Both the position numbers and the translations under genes were made by a program. 64,000 bases of DNA from Mayamaea pseudoterrestris (taxonomy: Eukaryota): the NCBI GenBank assembly GCA_027923505.1, contig BROI01000018.1:124001-188000 (forward strand), in the 5' to 3' direction. Below the pieces are notes generated by a model that worked only from the letters and a program-made list of their open reading frames with translations, had not been told where the DNA came from and made no database searches. Shown here piece by piece: positions 42,963 through 54,366 of this stretch (its first letter is position 1; each line of letters starts with the position of its first letter).

Positions 42963-44159
42963 ATGAACGCAACCATAATGGTCACCATGAGATTGCGAGC
43001 GCTATGCTGTCTCATACTGCAAGTAAACGTGATCACAGCATTGCAGAAGAATGTTATACTTCCTGCTCTTCACGAAGATGTCGACTTCAAGGCAGCTTTC
43101 GCTCGTCTTGTGAACTGCGAATACACCCAGATAGATCGCGATGCCTCGGCAGTCACAGTTCCAGCTTTGCAAGCTAGCATTGTTATGAAAGAAACAAGAA
43201 TGAACAAACAACGATATGCAGAAATGCTGCTCCGGTTTGACTGCAAACAAGGCTCAGATTTTGGATGGTTATGTCAACAGCTATATGCTAACCGACGAAA
43301 CGTTGAAAAAGAACTCGACCTGCAACCGTTGCGAGTCGCCATTGTCGAGCACTTGAATGCATCGCCTCCCGAACCAGGGCATCAGCCGCCATTGACGATA
43401 CCAAGTCAACCAGCCTTTCAGCGCCTACAGCAGCTGCTTGAATGTAAGGATTCTCTGGAGGCGCTACGCAGTAAGGGCTATGTAGTGCTAAACGACATTT
43501 TGCCAAGTGACTTGATGACCTTGTCGAGTTTAAAAGATTGGACCGAACAACTACAAAATACCGGACAAGGAGACCATATCCGTACTGATCATGTGCATTT
43601 CCATAGTCGACAAGTAGCCGAGACACGCGGTTGGGCCGAGCCGTTTGACTTGCTCATGGCTTGTGCGACGATTCTGAACGATCAACTCCATTTACCGCCC
43701 AGCCCATCATACACACCAATTCATCCAGCGACTCTAGAACGACCACTCACTGTGCCAAAGGAGATTCAATATGCCGAATACAAACATGGTGATTTCTATA
43801 AAGCGCATTCTGACAATTCCTTGACGAATGAACGAGCGCAACAAGACAATCAACTTATTCGAAGCAACTTTCGCGCGTACACTTGCATACTGTACATGAA
43901 CGATCAAGAGTGGAACCTTGAAACGGACGGAGGAGCTCTTCGGCTTTGGCCATATACGCAGCATTTGAGGAATGTTGACGATGCGCAGAGTATGGACTAC
44001 GTTGATGTGGCACCTAAGCATGGTCGACTGCTCGTGTTTGATTCCTGCTTGGTTCATTCGGTGCAAAAGGTGAAGCATCAGAGCAAGGTCAGAAGGGCGC
44101 TTACTTTGTGGATTAATCGACCAAATGATAGTGGCGTCAAGGGAGAAGTTTATTTTTGA
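42963..44159 (+). CDS. 2-oxoglutarate/Fe(II) dioxygenase (prolyl-hydroxylase-like)
   Basis: YKAHSDN (HxD), TCILYMN, GGALRL, distal HSV, RRALTLW; hydrophobic N-terminus. Confidence 0.85.
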   Translation: MNATIMVTMRLRALCCLILQVNVITALQKNVILPALHEDVDFKAAFARLVNCEYTQIDRDASAVTVPALQASIVMKETRMNKQRYAEMLLRFDCKQGSDFGWLCQQLYANRRNVEKELDLQPLRVAIVEHLNASPPEPGHQPPLTIPSQPAFQRLQQLLECKDSLEALRSKGYVVLNDILPSDLMTLSSLKDWTEQLQNTGQGDHIRTDHVHFHSRQVAETRGWAEPFDLLMACATILNDQLHLPPSPSYTPIHPATLERPLTVPKEIQYAEYKHGDFYKAHSDNSLTNERAQQDNQLIRSNFRAYTCILYMNDQEWNLETDGGALRLWPYTQHLRNVDDAQSMDYVDVAPKHGRLLVFDSCLVHSVQKVKHQSKVRRALTLWINRPNDSGVKGEVYF

Positions 44160-44369
44160 TAAGTTGTCGCGCTGGAAGCCACTTTCAACGTGCTGAGTAG
44201 AGGCAATCACGATCGTCCGTTGCATGAGACGAACGCAATCACACTGTTGCTACATACAGCTCTTTCAGCCTTCTAAGTACGATTTCTTCATAACCTATCT
44301 TTGTCATAATAAAGCCCAAGTAGTGCAACTCCCAGTCAGACATTTCATCTCATTAAACTCTGTCACCAC

Positions 44370-47246
44370 TCAAGGTCGACGTTTCATCCGAAAACGCCGG
44401 TCGCGGAGGCAGGCAGATTGAAACGCTGATGCGGCAAGATTGAATTCATCACGGGCCAAGTTGGTGCTCAAGGCTCCCATAAAATCATTCTTCGCCCGCT
44501 CCGGTACAGCCACCGATCCGAACGCCGACGCCAGCCACTGGCTCAGCAAGTTGGGGCAAAGCAAATTCAACTTCCAAATGAGCTCTGGGATCTGGTTTGT
44601 GTAGATCGGCAAATCGCCCATTAACGCGCGCGCCAGATTGTGAACGAGTCCAGCACCTTGCTGTGTCAAGACATTCTGCAGAGAAGCTGAGCACTCCGGG
44701 CTCTGACGCTCTCGGAGCGACAATCCGTATGACAACGTCTTATTCAGAAAATCAACTGTTCCCTTGTTAGCGCGAGAATGGTCCAGCTGAATGGCAACAA
44801 CAGCGCACTGGAACAAGGAAGCCAACAATGGGTTGACAATTAGCAGGTCGGCACAACAGCTAATAACCCGAGCCATCAAGTAAAACAATTCTTCAACAAC
44901 GTCAGGGTGATTCGTCATGTCCTGAATACTTTGTAGAAACGAAAACGACGTAGATGCCATGGACGCCACCATCTCAAATATTTTTGTCGCAAACGCAGGA
45001 TTTTGCCCGTATTCAGTGACGACAATGCTTGCCGCATATAGATACGGTGATTGCCTCGTCACTTGGTAGCTGGTAACTAACTGCTTGATCAGCGCATCGA
45101 GCACTGGCGCATATTGACTTGCACCCACCGACCGAATCGTATGCTTATGCAGGCGGCAAATCTTCTCAGCCAGCATGTTGTCGGCAGGAAAGCGAGTCGT
45201 CGCTTGATCTAAAAGATTCCATGTCGAAGACATGAGATCAATGACAGGGTGTGTCGTGCCTGGGTTCGGGACAATTGTCAAGTGCTGAATGATGATGGTC
45301 AGGCGATCAAGTTCTGGAGTAATGCGGCGTGCCGATGCACTAGGATTGGCGATAGCTGCCGCAAGACGACTGCCAACTGGATTTGCCAAGCTAATGAGAA
45401 CATCCGACCCATTCGAGTGCTGTCCAATTATTTGGCGTGACAGCGCTCGGCACAACCCTTCAAGAATATGGAGCTCATCCTCTAACTCCAAATGTTTAGC
45501 GTTGCCACTGTCGATAATGTTTTGATAAAGATGCATGACTGGCTCGGCAATAACAAAGTTCTGGTTCGAGCTCTGGCATAATTCTTTAATGGCAACCGCT
45601 GCTGCTGGAGCGCATTCGGGTATGTCAAGACCTTCCGCCAAGAACGGGAGCAATGGCTGCAGTAAAGCAGGATGCATGGACAGCCATGACGCAAATTTAC
45701 CAATCACCTTGCTTGCCGTAAAGCGCAAAGGCTTGATATCGCGTCTCAACTGCGGAATAAGTTGAAACATTTGAGGCAATAACGATGCTTCGTCGCTTGG
45801 AACAAACCGATGAATTGCCGCAAAGCACGCCAAGCAAGATTCAATACCCCGCCATTCTGCCTGCTGTGGATGCGTGCCACCAAGTTGCTCAACCTCGTTT
45901 CGAAACAAGTCTCCTAGGCGCTGCAAAATGACGCGGCCTCCCAGCAGTCGGCAGCAATCTTCCACTGTCTCCGTCACGTAGTATCGATGCCGATGCAAGT
46001 CCTCCACCAGGTCATCCGGTAAATCATCAATATCAGTTGGATACTTCATAAGCGCTTTGACGCAAACGTCAATCAACCGCAAAATTTGTGGCTCATAGAC
46101 GGCAATCAACTCCTCGCGCCATTCGTACGGATCAATGCACTCCAAGTCGATAATCATGCGATACCAAAAGTGCAGCGTAATGCTAGCAATCTCCGTGCTT
46201 TGAATCGTCGAGCATTGCAAAACGCTCTCCACCAAGGCACGTTCGTGGACGTGATCGTTGGACGACGGCGCAAGGATGCACGACATGTAACTCTCGCCCA
46301 TTTCCGTCACGACGCGAGTATATGCCCTCAACACGTCCTCATTGTTGCTTTGTAGCGCGTCTTGGATAGGGAGCTGCGACAAGATTGGAATGAGCCATTG
46401 CACAAGTGTTTCATTGCCACGATTGTGGCTCGGATACATGCGCAGCACTTCCACGACAATGTCTGCGGCCGACTCCAGAAATTGGGTTTGGTGCAGAGTT
46501 TGAATGGACATTTTCAGCAGAGCGCAGTCCAGCAGCGACGACGGATGGACAGGAACCCATCGTATCCATGACCAAAAGGCTTGCAGCACGCGCGCTGTTT
46601 GCAATTGTACTTGCGCCTCCAAGAAGCGAAATACATGAGGAGCCGAGGCAACCAAGTGATCGCGCATTTGGAAGCGAGCATGCTCATCCTGCAAAAGCAA
46701 TCTATCCGAAGCACATTCCTCCGGCAGGACCGTCAGCACCGAAAGCATGAGCATGGGATGGGAAGCTTGATTCGCCAGCAAATCGGAAAGAATGGTGGTC
46801 CAATTCATTTGCACCGCCAAGGCTGAAACGGCCAATGCGAGTTGCGTCAGCAACGCCGCGGATGGAGCAGCCACAGCTGCGTATCGGTTCAAATGGCCTA
46901 ATAACGAGTCTCGGAGTGAACCCATTGCATCCTGCGGAAGTTCCTGCACGTCGAGACGACATTTTGTATGCAGTGTTTGCGCCGCAAAAAAACATTCCTG
47001 CTCATTGCCTTGCTGCAGCAAGCGATCGCAAACCATCCAGCTAATCTGCTGCGTCTGGAAACTCGTCAAGTAACGATCCGCTAATTGTCGTTGTTGGAAA
47101 ATGCCATGTTGCTGCTGCTGGACATTGGAGGGCGAGGCAAATATTGTTTCCAAAGCCAAGCGCACACGCTGCATCTCCTCATCGACATTCGTGCTGTGCG
47201 GCGGCAATGGATCGGGTTGCGGCGCGGCTCCCGATTGTACTGGCAT
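44370..47246 (-). CDS. TNPO3: Transportin-3/MTR10-like importin-beta family protein
   Basis: ADRYLTSFQ..ISWMVCDRLL, FFAAQTLHTK, LTVLPEE, HPDVVEELF; helical repeats over 958 aa. Confidence 0.85.
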   Translation of the reverse strand: MPVQSGAAPQPDPLPPHSTNVDEEMQRVRLALETIFASPSNVQQQQHGIFQQRQLADRYLTSFQTQQISWMVCDRLLQQGNEQECFFAAQTLHTKCRLDVQELPQDAMGSLRDSLLGHLNRYAAVAAPSAALLTQLALAVSALAVQMNWTTILSDLLANQASHPMLMLSVLTVLPEECASDRLLLQDEHARFQMRDHLVASAPHVFRFLEAQVQLQTARVLQAFWSWIRWVPVHPSSLLDCALLKMSIQTLHQTQFLESAADIVVEVLRMYPSHNRGNETLVQWLIPILSQLPIQDALQSNNEDVLRAYTRVVTEMGESYMSCILAPSSNDHVHERALVESVLQCSTIQSTEIASITLHFWYRMIIDLECIDPYEWREELIAVYEPQILRLIDVCVKALMKYPTDIDDLPDDLVEDLHRHRYYVTETVEDCCRLLGGRVILQRLGDLFRNEVEQLGGTHPQQAEWRGIESCLACFAAIHRFVPSDEASLLPQMFQLIPQLRRDIKPLRFTASKVIGKFASWLSMHPALLQPLLPFLAEGLDIPECAPAAAVAIKELCQSSNQNFVIAEPVMHLYQNIIDSGNAKHLELEDELHILEGLCRALSRQIIGQHSNGSDVLISLANPVGSRLAAAIANPSASARRITPELDRLTIIIQHLTIVPNPGTTHPVIDLMSSTWNLLDQATTRFPADNMLAEKICRLHKHTIRSVGASQYAPVLDALIKQLVTSYQVTRQSPYLYAASIVVTEYGQNPAFATKIFEMVASMASTSFSFLQSIQDMTNHPDVVEELFYLMARVISCCADLLIVNPLLASLFQCAVVAIQLDHSRANKGTVDFLNKTLSYGLSLRERQSPECSASLQNVLTQQGAGLVHNLARALMGDLPIYTNQIPELIWKLNLLCPNLLSQWLASAFGSVAVPERAKNDFMGALSTNLARDEFNLAASAFQSACLRDRRFRMKRRP

Positions 47247-47717
47247 TTTTTCACCTAAATTAGTTGCTAAGGGTTAAATGAATAAGATGTTCTTAGTAGG
47301 CTGCAATAGATGATTGAAGAATGGAGCAAATGTGTACCTCAATTCCCATGGTGGCAGCTCCGCGCGCATCGATCGGAGGGTCGTGGCGGCTCCCCACTTT
47401 TCAGTGCCGCTCTGTTAAAGATCGGACATGACGTATTCGGTTCGTTCGCGACCGTCCGCGCGTGCGAGCTGCGCCAAGGACACAGCAGCAGCAGCAGCAG
47501 AGAAGCAATTGACAAAGGGGACCATGGGATTCTAGAAAGTTTATTGTTGGCGTAGTTAGTTCAGCAAGCACGAGAAAGGCGAGCGTGTCTGGTTTTTTGG
47601 CTCTGCTAATCTGGATAACAGTTTGAAGATATATTTGGAGTGGGGAGGTGCAAGCACTCATCCATCGGAAGTCTTCTGCTCGACCTTGTTATTATTTCAG
47701 TAACTGAGGGGAACATT

Positions 47718-49649
47718 ATGAACACCAAGGACTACGTCTACTCGTGGCACTTATCGCTTCGAGTGGATCGTCCTCTCGAGGGCTGTCCCATGCAGCCGCA
47801 CGCCTACATGTACGGCAAGAAGCTGGACGAGCGAGAGTTTGACAAGCAAGGCGGAATTATGCAACCGCACTCGAAGAAAATGAAGGAACCACCACCGCAG
47901 CATGAGTTTTCCTACAGATGGTTCAAGGGACCCTTGCATGAGGCGTGCGCGTTCGAAAAGTGTCCGAGGAGAACATCCTTTTGTCCCCATGACTGGAGCA
48001 AGCATGCGCTTGGAGGAACGGACTGCGCGTTGCAATGCGTATCAACACAAAGTTCACTCTACAAGTGTACCTTTTGCAACTCGTCATGTTTTATCAATGC
48101 CTGGAAGACGCAGTACACCGTACCAAAAGAGCAGCTGATGAGTGAAGGAATCACCATGCATAGCCGAAGCAATACTCCGTCTCGATCCAGATCGGCGTCC
48201 TACGGTTCCGACATCGATGTTTACGATGACACTGGATCGATTCAATCCAGCGGCTCCAAAAGTCCAACACATCCGTCAGCAATTGCTAATCCTGTCACGC
48301 CAGCACCTCGAGGATTTTTGGCTGGATATGGCGGACAGAGCAGCAGTAGCAACAATCACAGCATGCAGAATGCCAATACGCCGCACGGAGGTTACAGCGC
48401 GGCGGACGCTGCTCACGACGAGTACGTTGAAATCTCACGCGACCAAGTATACGTTCCTACGCAAGACGACGTTGGGCGCAAGTTCAAGGTGGAAGCGGCC
48501 GCCTACTCGTTGGAGACTGGCGAGCTGTTAATGTCGCGCGTCGTCAAGACGGACGTTGTGCTGGCCCGAGCGCCGCCACCAGCCAAGCGCAACTTTGTCA
48601 CGGCCAAGGCGCAGGCTGGAGTTGGTCCACGCTTTCGTGTGGCCACGTATAATGTGCTTGCCGAAATTTATGCGACGCAGCAGCAGTATCCGTACTGTGA
48701 CTTTTGGGCGTTGAGTTGGGACTATCGATTCTACAATATTTTGCGAGAAATTGTGGATGCGGCACCTGATGTATTGTGTTTGCAAGAGATTCAAGCGGAT
48801 CACTATGAGAATCACATTTACGCAGCTTTAAGTGATGCTGGTTACGAAGGTGTCTATAAGCAAAAAACGCGACAGAGCATGGGTTTGGCTGGCAAGGTGG
48901 ACGGTTGCGCGTTGTTTTGGCGGCGATCAAGGTTCCATCTGGTTGAATCGTACAGCATTGAATTCAACGAAGTGGCGCAGCGACAGGCGACGCAAGTGCT
49001 AGGTCTTAATCCGCGGAGTGAGGAGGGATCGGCTTTTATCAATCGCCTATCCAAAGACAATGTAGCGCAGTTGGTGGTCCTTGAGTTTATTCAGCCTTCG
49101 AGGTCATCACGCGACATTAATCAAGTCTGTATTGCAAATACGCACCTTTATAGCAATAAGGACTTCCCGGATGTCAAGCTTTGGCAGTCCTGGCAATTGT
49201 TGCAGGAGCTCGAGTCGTTCATTATTGGTCGTGGCTCAAACTTACCGCTCGTTATATGCGGAGACTTCAACTCGACGCCGGATACAGCAGTGTACGATCT
49301 GATGATGCGACAAACCGTTCACCCTGGTCATCCGGATGTCAATTTTACGGGTGATGATGTCGCAAATGTTCTACCAGATGCAATGAACATCACACACTCG
49401 TTTCAGCTTGGCAGTGTGTACCAAAGTGTTCTTGGCGAAGAACCGTGGACGACCAATTACACGGAAAACTTCAAGGGAGTTCTTGACTATGTTTGGTATT
49501 CGGCGCAGAATCTGATGCCGCTTTCCGTCGCCGCAGTACCTACGGAAGAGCAGCTGACGCGATTGGGACAGGCGTTGCCGTCGACTCAGTTTAGTTCGGA
49601 TCATATCATGCTTGTGTCGGATATGCAAATAGTAAACGGCTCGAGATAA
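47718..49649 (+). CDS. CCR4: CCR4-type EEP deadenylase with an N-terminal Cys-rich domain (plant CCR4a/b-like)
   Basis: TYNVLAEIYA, LCLQEIQ, VDGCALF, IANTHL, ICGDFNSTP, LDYVWY, SDH. Confidence 0.9.
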   Translation: MNTKDYVYSWHLSLRVDRPLEGCPMQPHAYMYGKKLDEREFDKQGGIMQPHSKKMKEPPPQHEFSYRWFKGPLHEACAFEKCPRRTSFCPHDWSKHALGGTDCALQCVSTQSSLYKCTFCNSSCFINAWKTQYTVPKEQLMSEGITMHSRSNTPSRSRSASYGSDIDVYDDTGSIQSSGSKSPTHPSAIANPVTPAPRGFLAGYGGQSSSSNNHSMQNANTPHGGYSAADAAHDEYVEISRDQVYVPTQDDVGRKFKVEAAAYSLETGELLMSRVVKTDVVLARAPPPAKRNFVTAKAQAGVGPRFRVATYNVLAEIYATQQQYPYCDFWALSWDYRFYNILREIVDAAPDVLCLQEIQADHYENHIYAALSDAGYEGVYKQKTRQSMGLAGKVDGCALFWRRSRFHLVESYSIEFNEVAQRQATQVLGLNPRSEEGSAFINRLSKDNVAQLVVLEFIQPSRSSRDINQVCIANTHLYSNKDFPDVKLWQSWQLLQELESFIIGRGSNLPLVICGDFNSTPDTAVYDLMMRQTVHPGHPDVNFTGDDVANVLPDAMNITHSFQLGSVYQSVLGEEPWTTNYTENFKGVLDYVWYSAQNLMPLSVAAVPTEEQLTRLGQALPSTQFSSDHIMLVSDMQIVNGSR

Positions 49650-49712
49650 TTATGTTGTGTTGTCTATTTTAGTAATTGTAGGCGTGATTTAGCAAGATGT
49701 AGCGACGGCAAT

Positions 49713-51607
49713 TTACTTTGTGCTCAAGGAGTGACCTCCAAGCAATTGCTCATAATTATGTCCACCGGCTTTTTCCAAATTCGTAACTAACTCTTCAAAG
49801 TCTGTTATTGTCAACAGACGCTCTGGGCCTCTGCCTAAATGTGACTTAGTTTCTCTTTGATCAAAGTCGAGAGAAAGCACTGGTTTACCATTCAGAAGGA
49901 CGCGAACGACATGGGTGCGACTCGCATCAGTCGACGGCCCATCCTTGATCCGCACCAGTTCAAAAACCAAATGACTAGCATATTCTGGCCAAAAGCGTGC
50001 GTCGATGCTCGTCCCATCAAAAAGAAAGTCAGCGCCGATGCCGTAGAGCAACCCCAAAATGGTCTGAGCGAAACAATGTTGCGAGTGTGAACGCGACATT
50101 TTCAGCAACATATGGACGAAATGTACGTTAAATAGGTTCCACTTACAATATCATGGCAACTGTAGATCACAAAAGGACGCCTTTCTCCTTGTGGCAGCTG
50201 GGCAGTATCGCGTAACAGATTCGAAATCTCGCGCAACGGAGGAGCTGCAATGGCTGCAAGAAGTCTCTTATTTTCGTACCACATACGAAACCTCCAGGCC
50301 AAATGGGCAGTAGTTTGATAGGCCATAGCGGCGAGGGTTTGTTCAACTCCACTGTCGTGCTCAAAGTCCGTAAAGAGGGCCAGGTCAACGCCGTGCGCTT
50401 GCCGACTGTCAATTCATTACGTAAGGATATCGCATGAGCGTACACGATCCTTCCAGGTCCATTCTGTGAACATACATAACGACTTTGTTTTTGTTACGTA
50501 CCACACGAAATGGTCCGCTGCTTCTACCCAATTTATCCCTGATGGGGACTTGGCGCTAAAATCAGATCGAAACGGTCTCACCAAGCCTGGTAAAAAGTTG
50601 GCCAGCCTCGCCGCGAGCGGGGCAGCTCCAGCGTCCTTGTTCAAAAAATCTGGACTCAACATTACTTCGGAAACAAGCTCGGCAATTAGATCGGGATTGC
50701 GATCAAACGCGTTGAGCGGGTCGTTGGCCAAGTTGCGTACCCGTATACCAACGAGAGTGTCGTCGTCGTCATGGTCATGGCGTTGCATCGCAGCTTTATT
50801 CTTCATTTGCGTCCCATGCTCTTCAACTTTTGCCCAGGAATGATCTGGAACTCTCTCTTCCTTATGTACATGAAGTTGCAATGACCGGGTATGCTGATTT
50901 TGTGTGAATTCGTAGCACTTGGTTCCAAGCATTCCGTCCAAAAAGCTTTGCACCGACATGATTGTCCGCAAATAGTTGGTTGAGTATACAGCCACATTCC
51001 AAGCATCCAAAAAGTCTTGTGCACCTTCGTAGCTGAATTTATCATGATCGGGCAAGTGATACCCATGGTGATTGTAGCGGTTGAAGAAGCGATGCCCGGT
51101 TTCGCGTAGTTGATCGAGTCCGCTCAGCGTGAGAAATCCAAAGGGATTTCGGTGCACATCAATGAAGCTCCCTTGGTTAGTTCCTGGTTGAATGAGTAGT
51201 GGAAATCGCTTGGAAAATTTGGCAAAGGCCGTGGCTGTATCTGGATAAGGTAGCCGAGTCACCCAGTAGGCAGCTTCCTCGTCACGACGATGCGGCGGGC
51301 AGAGAGGTCTCGATGGCGCTCGATCGCCGTGTCGTATGAACATCCAGACACCTTCAACGACTCCTTCGTTTGTCCGAAAGCTGTCTGATTGGGTGTCGCC
51401 TTCACTTTCAGTGGAAAAGTGGCGACATGATGGAATCGCAGCATGGCCAGCGGTCCGATTTCTGCATCGCGAGCCATGGAGGAAACGTCGTCGTATTATA
51501 CTTTGTTGCATAAAGACTAACAGGACTTCATTTTTAGCTTGTATCTGGCATGCAAAAGGATTTGATAATCCACTGACGGCCAGCCGCCGCGCGGAAGGTG
51601 CCGCCAT
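49713..51607 (-). CDS. Histidine acid phosphatase (branch 2); exons 51607-50502, 50405-50147, 50063-49713
   Basis: RHGDRAP, GFLT, STNYLRT, YSCHDIT, WPEYAS; two GT-AG introns restore the frame. Confidence 0.88.
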
Positions 51608-51770
51608 GGTGAGATTCCAGATAATGGGCAGCCGCGAAGCTTCGCGAAACGTCACTAAAATGTCGCATCATGACTGCAGATTGTCTTATCGTGACTGAAA
51701 AAGATGGAAACGGCCCGCTAGCGCCGCGCTAGCGCGCCTCGACATATTATATTCGTGCACAAGAGTGACC

Positions 51771-52482
51771 ATGGTGGAGCTGCACACTGGCCCGCTGAAT
51801 CAGCTGGCTCTATTAATCAATGGAGCTTTCCGAGCAATTAAAACGAATGCTTTTCCTGTCGTTCTCGCGTTAGCATTCGTCTATCTGTTTCGGGAGCCTG
51901 GTGAGTCATGTGTCTTGTTCAGTCGACGAATCAATGTTGCAATTTGTGACATTCCTCATTAGCAAAAGGGCACTATCGTGCAGCGATTTATGACTTTTGA
52001 CCAATCTAATTCTTTTGTTCGCAGTCATTCGAACTATCCATGATGTACGAGACAGGTTTATAACACGCGGAGGCGGTTCGCAAGCTCTGAAACAACGAAC
52101 GCCGGTCGACGAGCAACATTATCGCGAGGAAATGCTTCGCATTCGAGCCGCGCAGCAGGAAATTGCCAATGAAAAGGCCAAGGAAGCTGCTGCCAAGCGA
52201 AAGGAGAAGGAAGTTCAGGAAAAGGAACGAAGAAACAAGGTTGCAAAACCCGACGACAAGGGTCTTGGCTCTGGCAATACACTCGGCAGAGGACAACCCA
52301 CCTTGAATGCGACTGTATTCAATCCAATGCAACCATGGAGTGGGACGTCTAGAGGATATAGGTGAGTGATAGTGTATGTAGAATATGATATTTTAGCTAC
52401 GTTCGTCTCATTTCATCGATGCTTGTTGTGCCTCTGATTCAGACCAGCCCGTCGAACGGTTCGTAGGGGATGAGGCCCGTAG
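51771..52482 (+). CDS. SELENOS: Selenoprotein S (SelS/VIMP-like); exons 51771-51900, 52025-52361, 52443-52482; Sec TGA 52471-52473
   Basis: Single TM, charged coiled coil, Gly-rich tail FNPMQPWSGTSRGYRPARRTVRRG-U-GP*, matching the SelS C-terminal pattern (NP..G...RP.RR...GUG). Confidence 0.85.
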
Positions 52483-52574
52483 TTCCAAGCTTGCTTTACT
52501 TATAAACAACCAATGCATGCTTGGAACGCAGACTTAAATGACATTCTCGTCAATACGTGAGAACTAAAACGACG

Positions 52575-52646
52575 AAAGCATGTGCGAATGACGCTTTGGT
52601 GGCTGGTGAATGTTCATTAGCCAACTTGCTGACGAGCCATGGCTTT
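52575..52646 (+). promoter_or_regulatory. SECIS candidate for selenoprotein S
   Basis: AAAGC-ATG-t-GC-ga-ATGAC-GC-tttgg-TGGCTGGTG-aatgtt-CATTAGCCA-actt-GC-TGAC-ga-GC-CAT-g-GCTTT; core at 52588 and 52630, 117 nt after the TGA. Confidence 0.7.
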
Positions 52647-53051
52647 AATCATAAAATGATTTAACTTTTGTCTCATGTTAGTACTGTTACTGTACAGAAG
52701 TAGTTTTCTATCGACATACATAATATCTGGAAGCCAGCCAACGTCTTATACTTTGCCATTTGCCAATAGATGCCCAGCGAACAGCGAATTGATCTCACAA
52801 GCCAGGTATGAATCAGCGAAATACACGCAATGAACAGGATCTTACATTAATTTCGGGCTGACGCATGTACTTGTGGGATCAAGCATGCCGCAAAAGTACA
52901 GTACAGAATGGAAGCGAGATGCAAGGGTAACGTAGCAATATTGTGTGTCTCACCACGACTGCGACTCGACATCACGACGAGATTAATTTTGTGACCTCCA
53001 CATTCACTTTTCTTTCACCATGCTGCCATTAGACTCATTAGCAGCGCTGAT

Positions 53052-54311
53052 ATGACGGCTGTGCGCCGAAACCAGAGACATCGACGTTGCTGTTGCTCAG
53101 TACCATGGACCTTTTTTGCGCTCTCGGTATTTGTAATTATCCTTGCAAGCTTTCAGTTGCTGCACCTCGGAGAGACCGTGTTCCTCGCACCGTCGCCTTC
53201 GCGGCAGGATGAAGTTATACAGCATGGGCATTCGTCATTCAAGCATCTAAATGATTTAGACCAAATTGGATCGATTGAGCGATACAACATATCGCATATG
53301 TCGCTTCGAGAAAGAGCGAATCTTCGACGATCCAGACAACAGCAAGCGATTAGTCATGATGCACAAATACGACAGACTGCTGCAGGCCTTGCTCGAAGCA
53401 AACGGCACAATTTCCAAAAACTACGAACTCAATCACCAAGTGGCGGTGCCTTTATACACATGGGAAAGACTGGCGGAAGTGCCATTTCGCTGCTGCTTCG
53501 GAACGGCTGCCATTCATTCATGCCGCATCCGTGTCGCCAAGTCGTCGATGAAACGGAGGCTTCGAGGCGCATTGAAAGCTACTATCATGTCCCTGACTTT
53601 GCCCTTCTACAACATTCTCATCATGATTTCTACTTGATATCGACACGAGATCCATTTGACCGACTCGTCTCGGCGTTTGTCTACCAACATGTACGAAACA
53701 TTGACGCCAGAGGTGACATTGACATCAAGGACAAGCGAGAAAAGTACGCCGTTGCATCAAGCTGCTTTGCATCGCTGGAATCCTTCGTTTTATATCTCGA
53801 AGGGAACCACACAGACTATTACTATCCCTACTCGCAAGATGATGTCGTGCCAACATCATGCAAGGATTTTGCGAGGGCTGTCTTTCATGGGCGAGTGCGC
53901 ATCTTTTCGCACTTGTTCTTCTCCTTTCGACGTATATTGTCATTCATGCCAAACATTAGGCAGCAAGTCATTTATGCGTCACGGCAAGGTAGTCTGTGGG
54001 ATGACTGGACTCGTGTCAATCAACTGCTGGGACAGACGAAGCCAGTAAAAATACCAGTAAATCAAACCAAGCAGGCTCGCAATACGTCGCACCACAGTAC
54101 CTTACCAGTGACGAGGGAGCTGAGCTCCAAAGCAGTTCAAATTCTTTGTGGAGCATTGCAGGAAGAATACGATGCATACTTTCTTTGGCTGCAATTGGCT
54201 AGGAACTTAAATGAGCAAGAATACGGGGCCGAGAGTGTTAAAGTCCGCCGGCGGTGCCCCATGGTCGTTGTAAAGGCCTACGATGCCAAGAAATGGCGTG
54301 CCATAGTTTAA
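53052..54311 (+). CDS. Type II membrane sulfotransferase-like protein
   Basis: N-terminal TM; 5'-PSB-like FIHMGKTGGSAI and 3'-PB-like RDPFDRLVSAF. Confidence 0.75.
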   Translation: MTAVRRNQRHRRCCCSVPWTFFALSVFVIILASFQLLHLGETVFLAPSPSRQDEVIQHGHSSFKHLNDLDQIGSIERYNISHMSLRERANLRRSRQQQAISHDAQIRQTAAGLARSKRHNFQKLRTQSPSGGAFIHMGKTGGSAISLLLRNGCHSFMPHPCRQVVDETEASRRIESYYHVPDFALLQHSHHDFYLISTRDPFDRLVSAFVYQHVRNIDARGDIDIKDKREKYAVASSCFASLESFVLYLEGNHTDYYYPYSQDDVVPTSCKDFARAVFHGRVRIFSHLFFSFRRILSFMPNIRQQVIYASRQGSLWDDWTRVNQLLGQTKPVKIPVNQTKQARNTSHHSTLPVTRELSSKAVQILCGALQEEYDAYFLWLQLARNLNEQEYGAESVKVRRRCPMVVVKAYDAKKWRAIV

Positions 54312-54366
54312 CAAAAAAAGGCATGCGGTAAATGATTCTTATTTTTACGTTAATAAATTTCTACGT

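Noticed and set aside
52538..52580. Alternative SelS SECIS with near-canonical ATGA-N10-AA spacing
   Set aside because: No NGAN partner positioned to close the core and no helix I; the hairpin at 52588 pairs better by eye.
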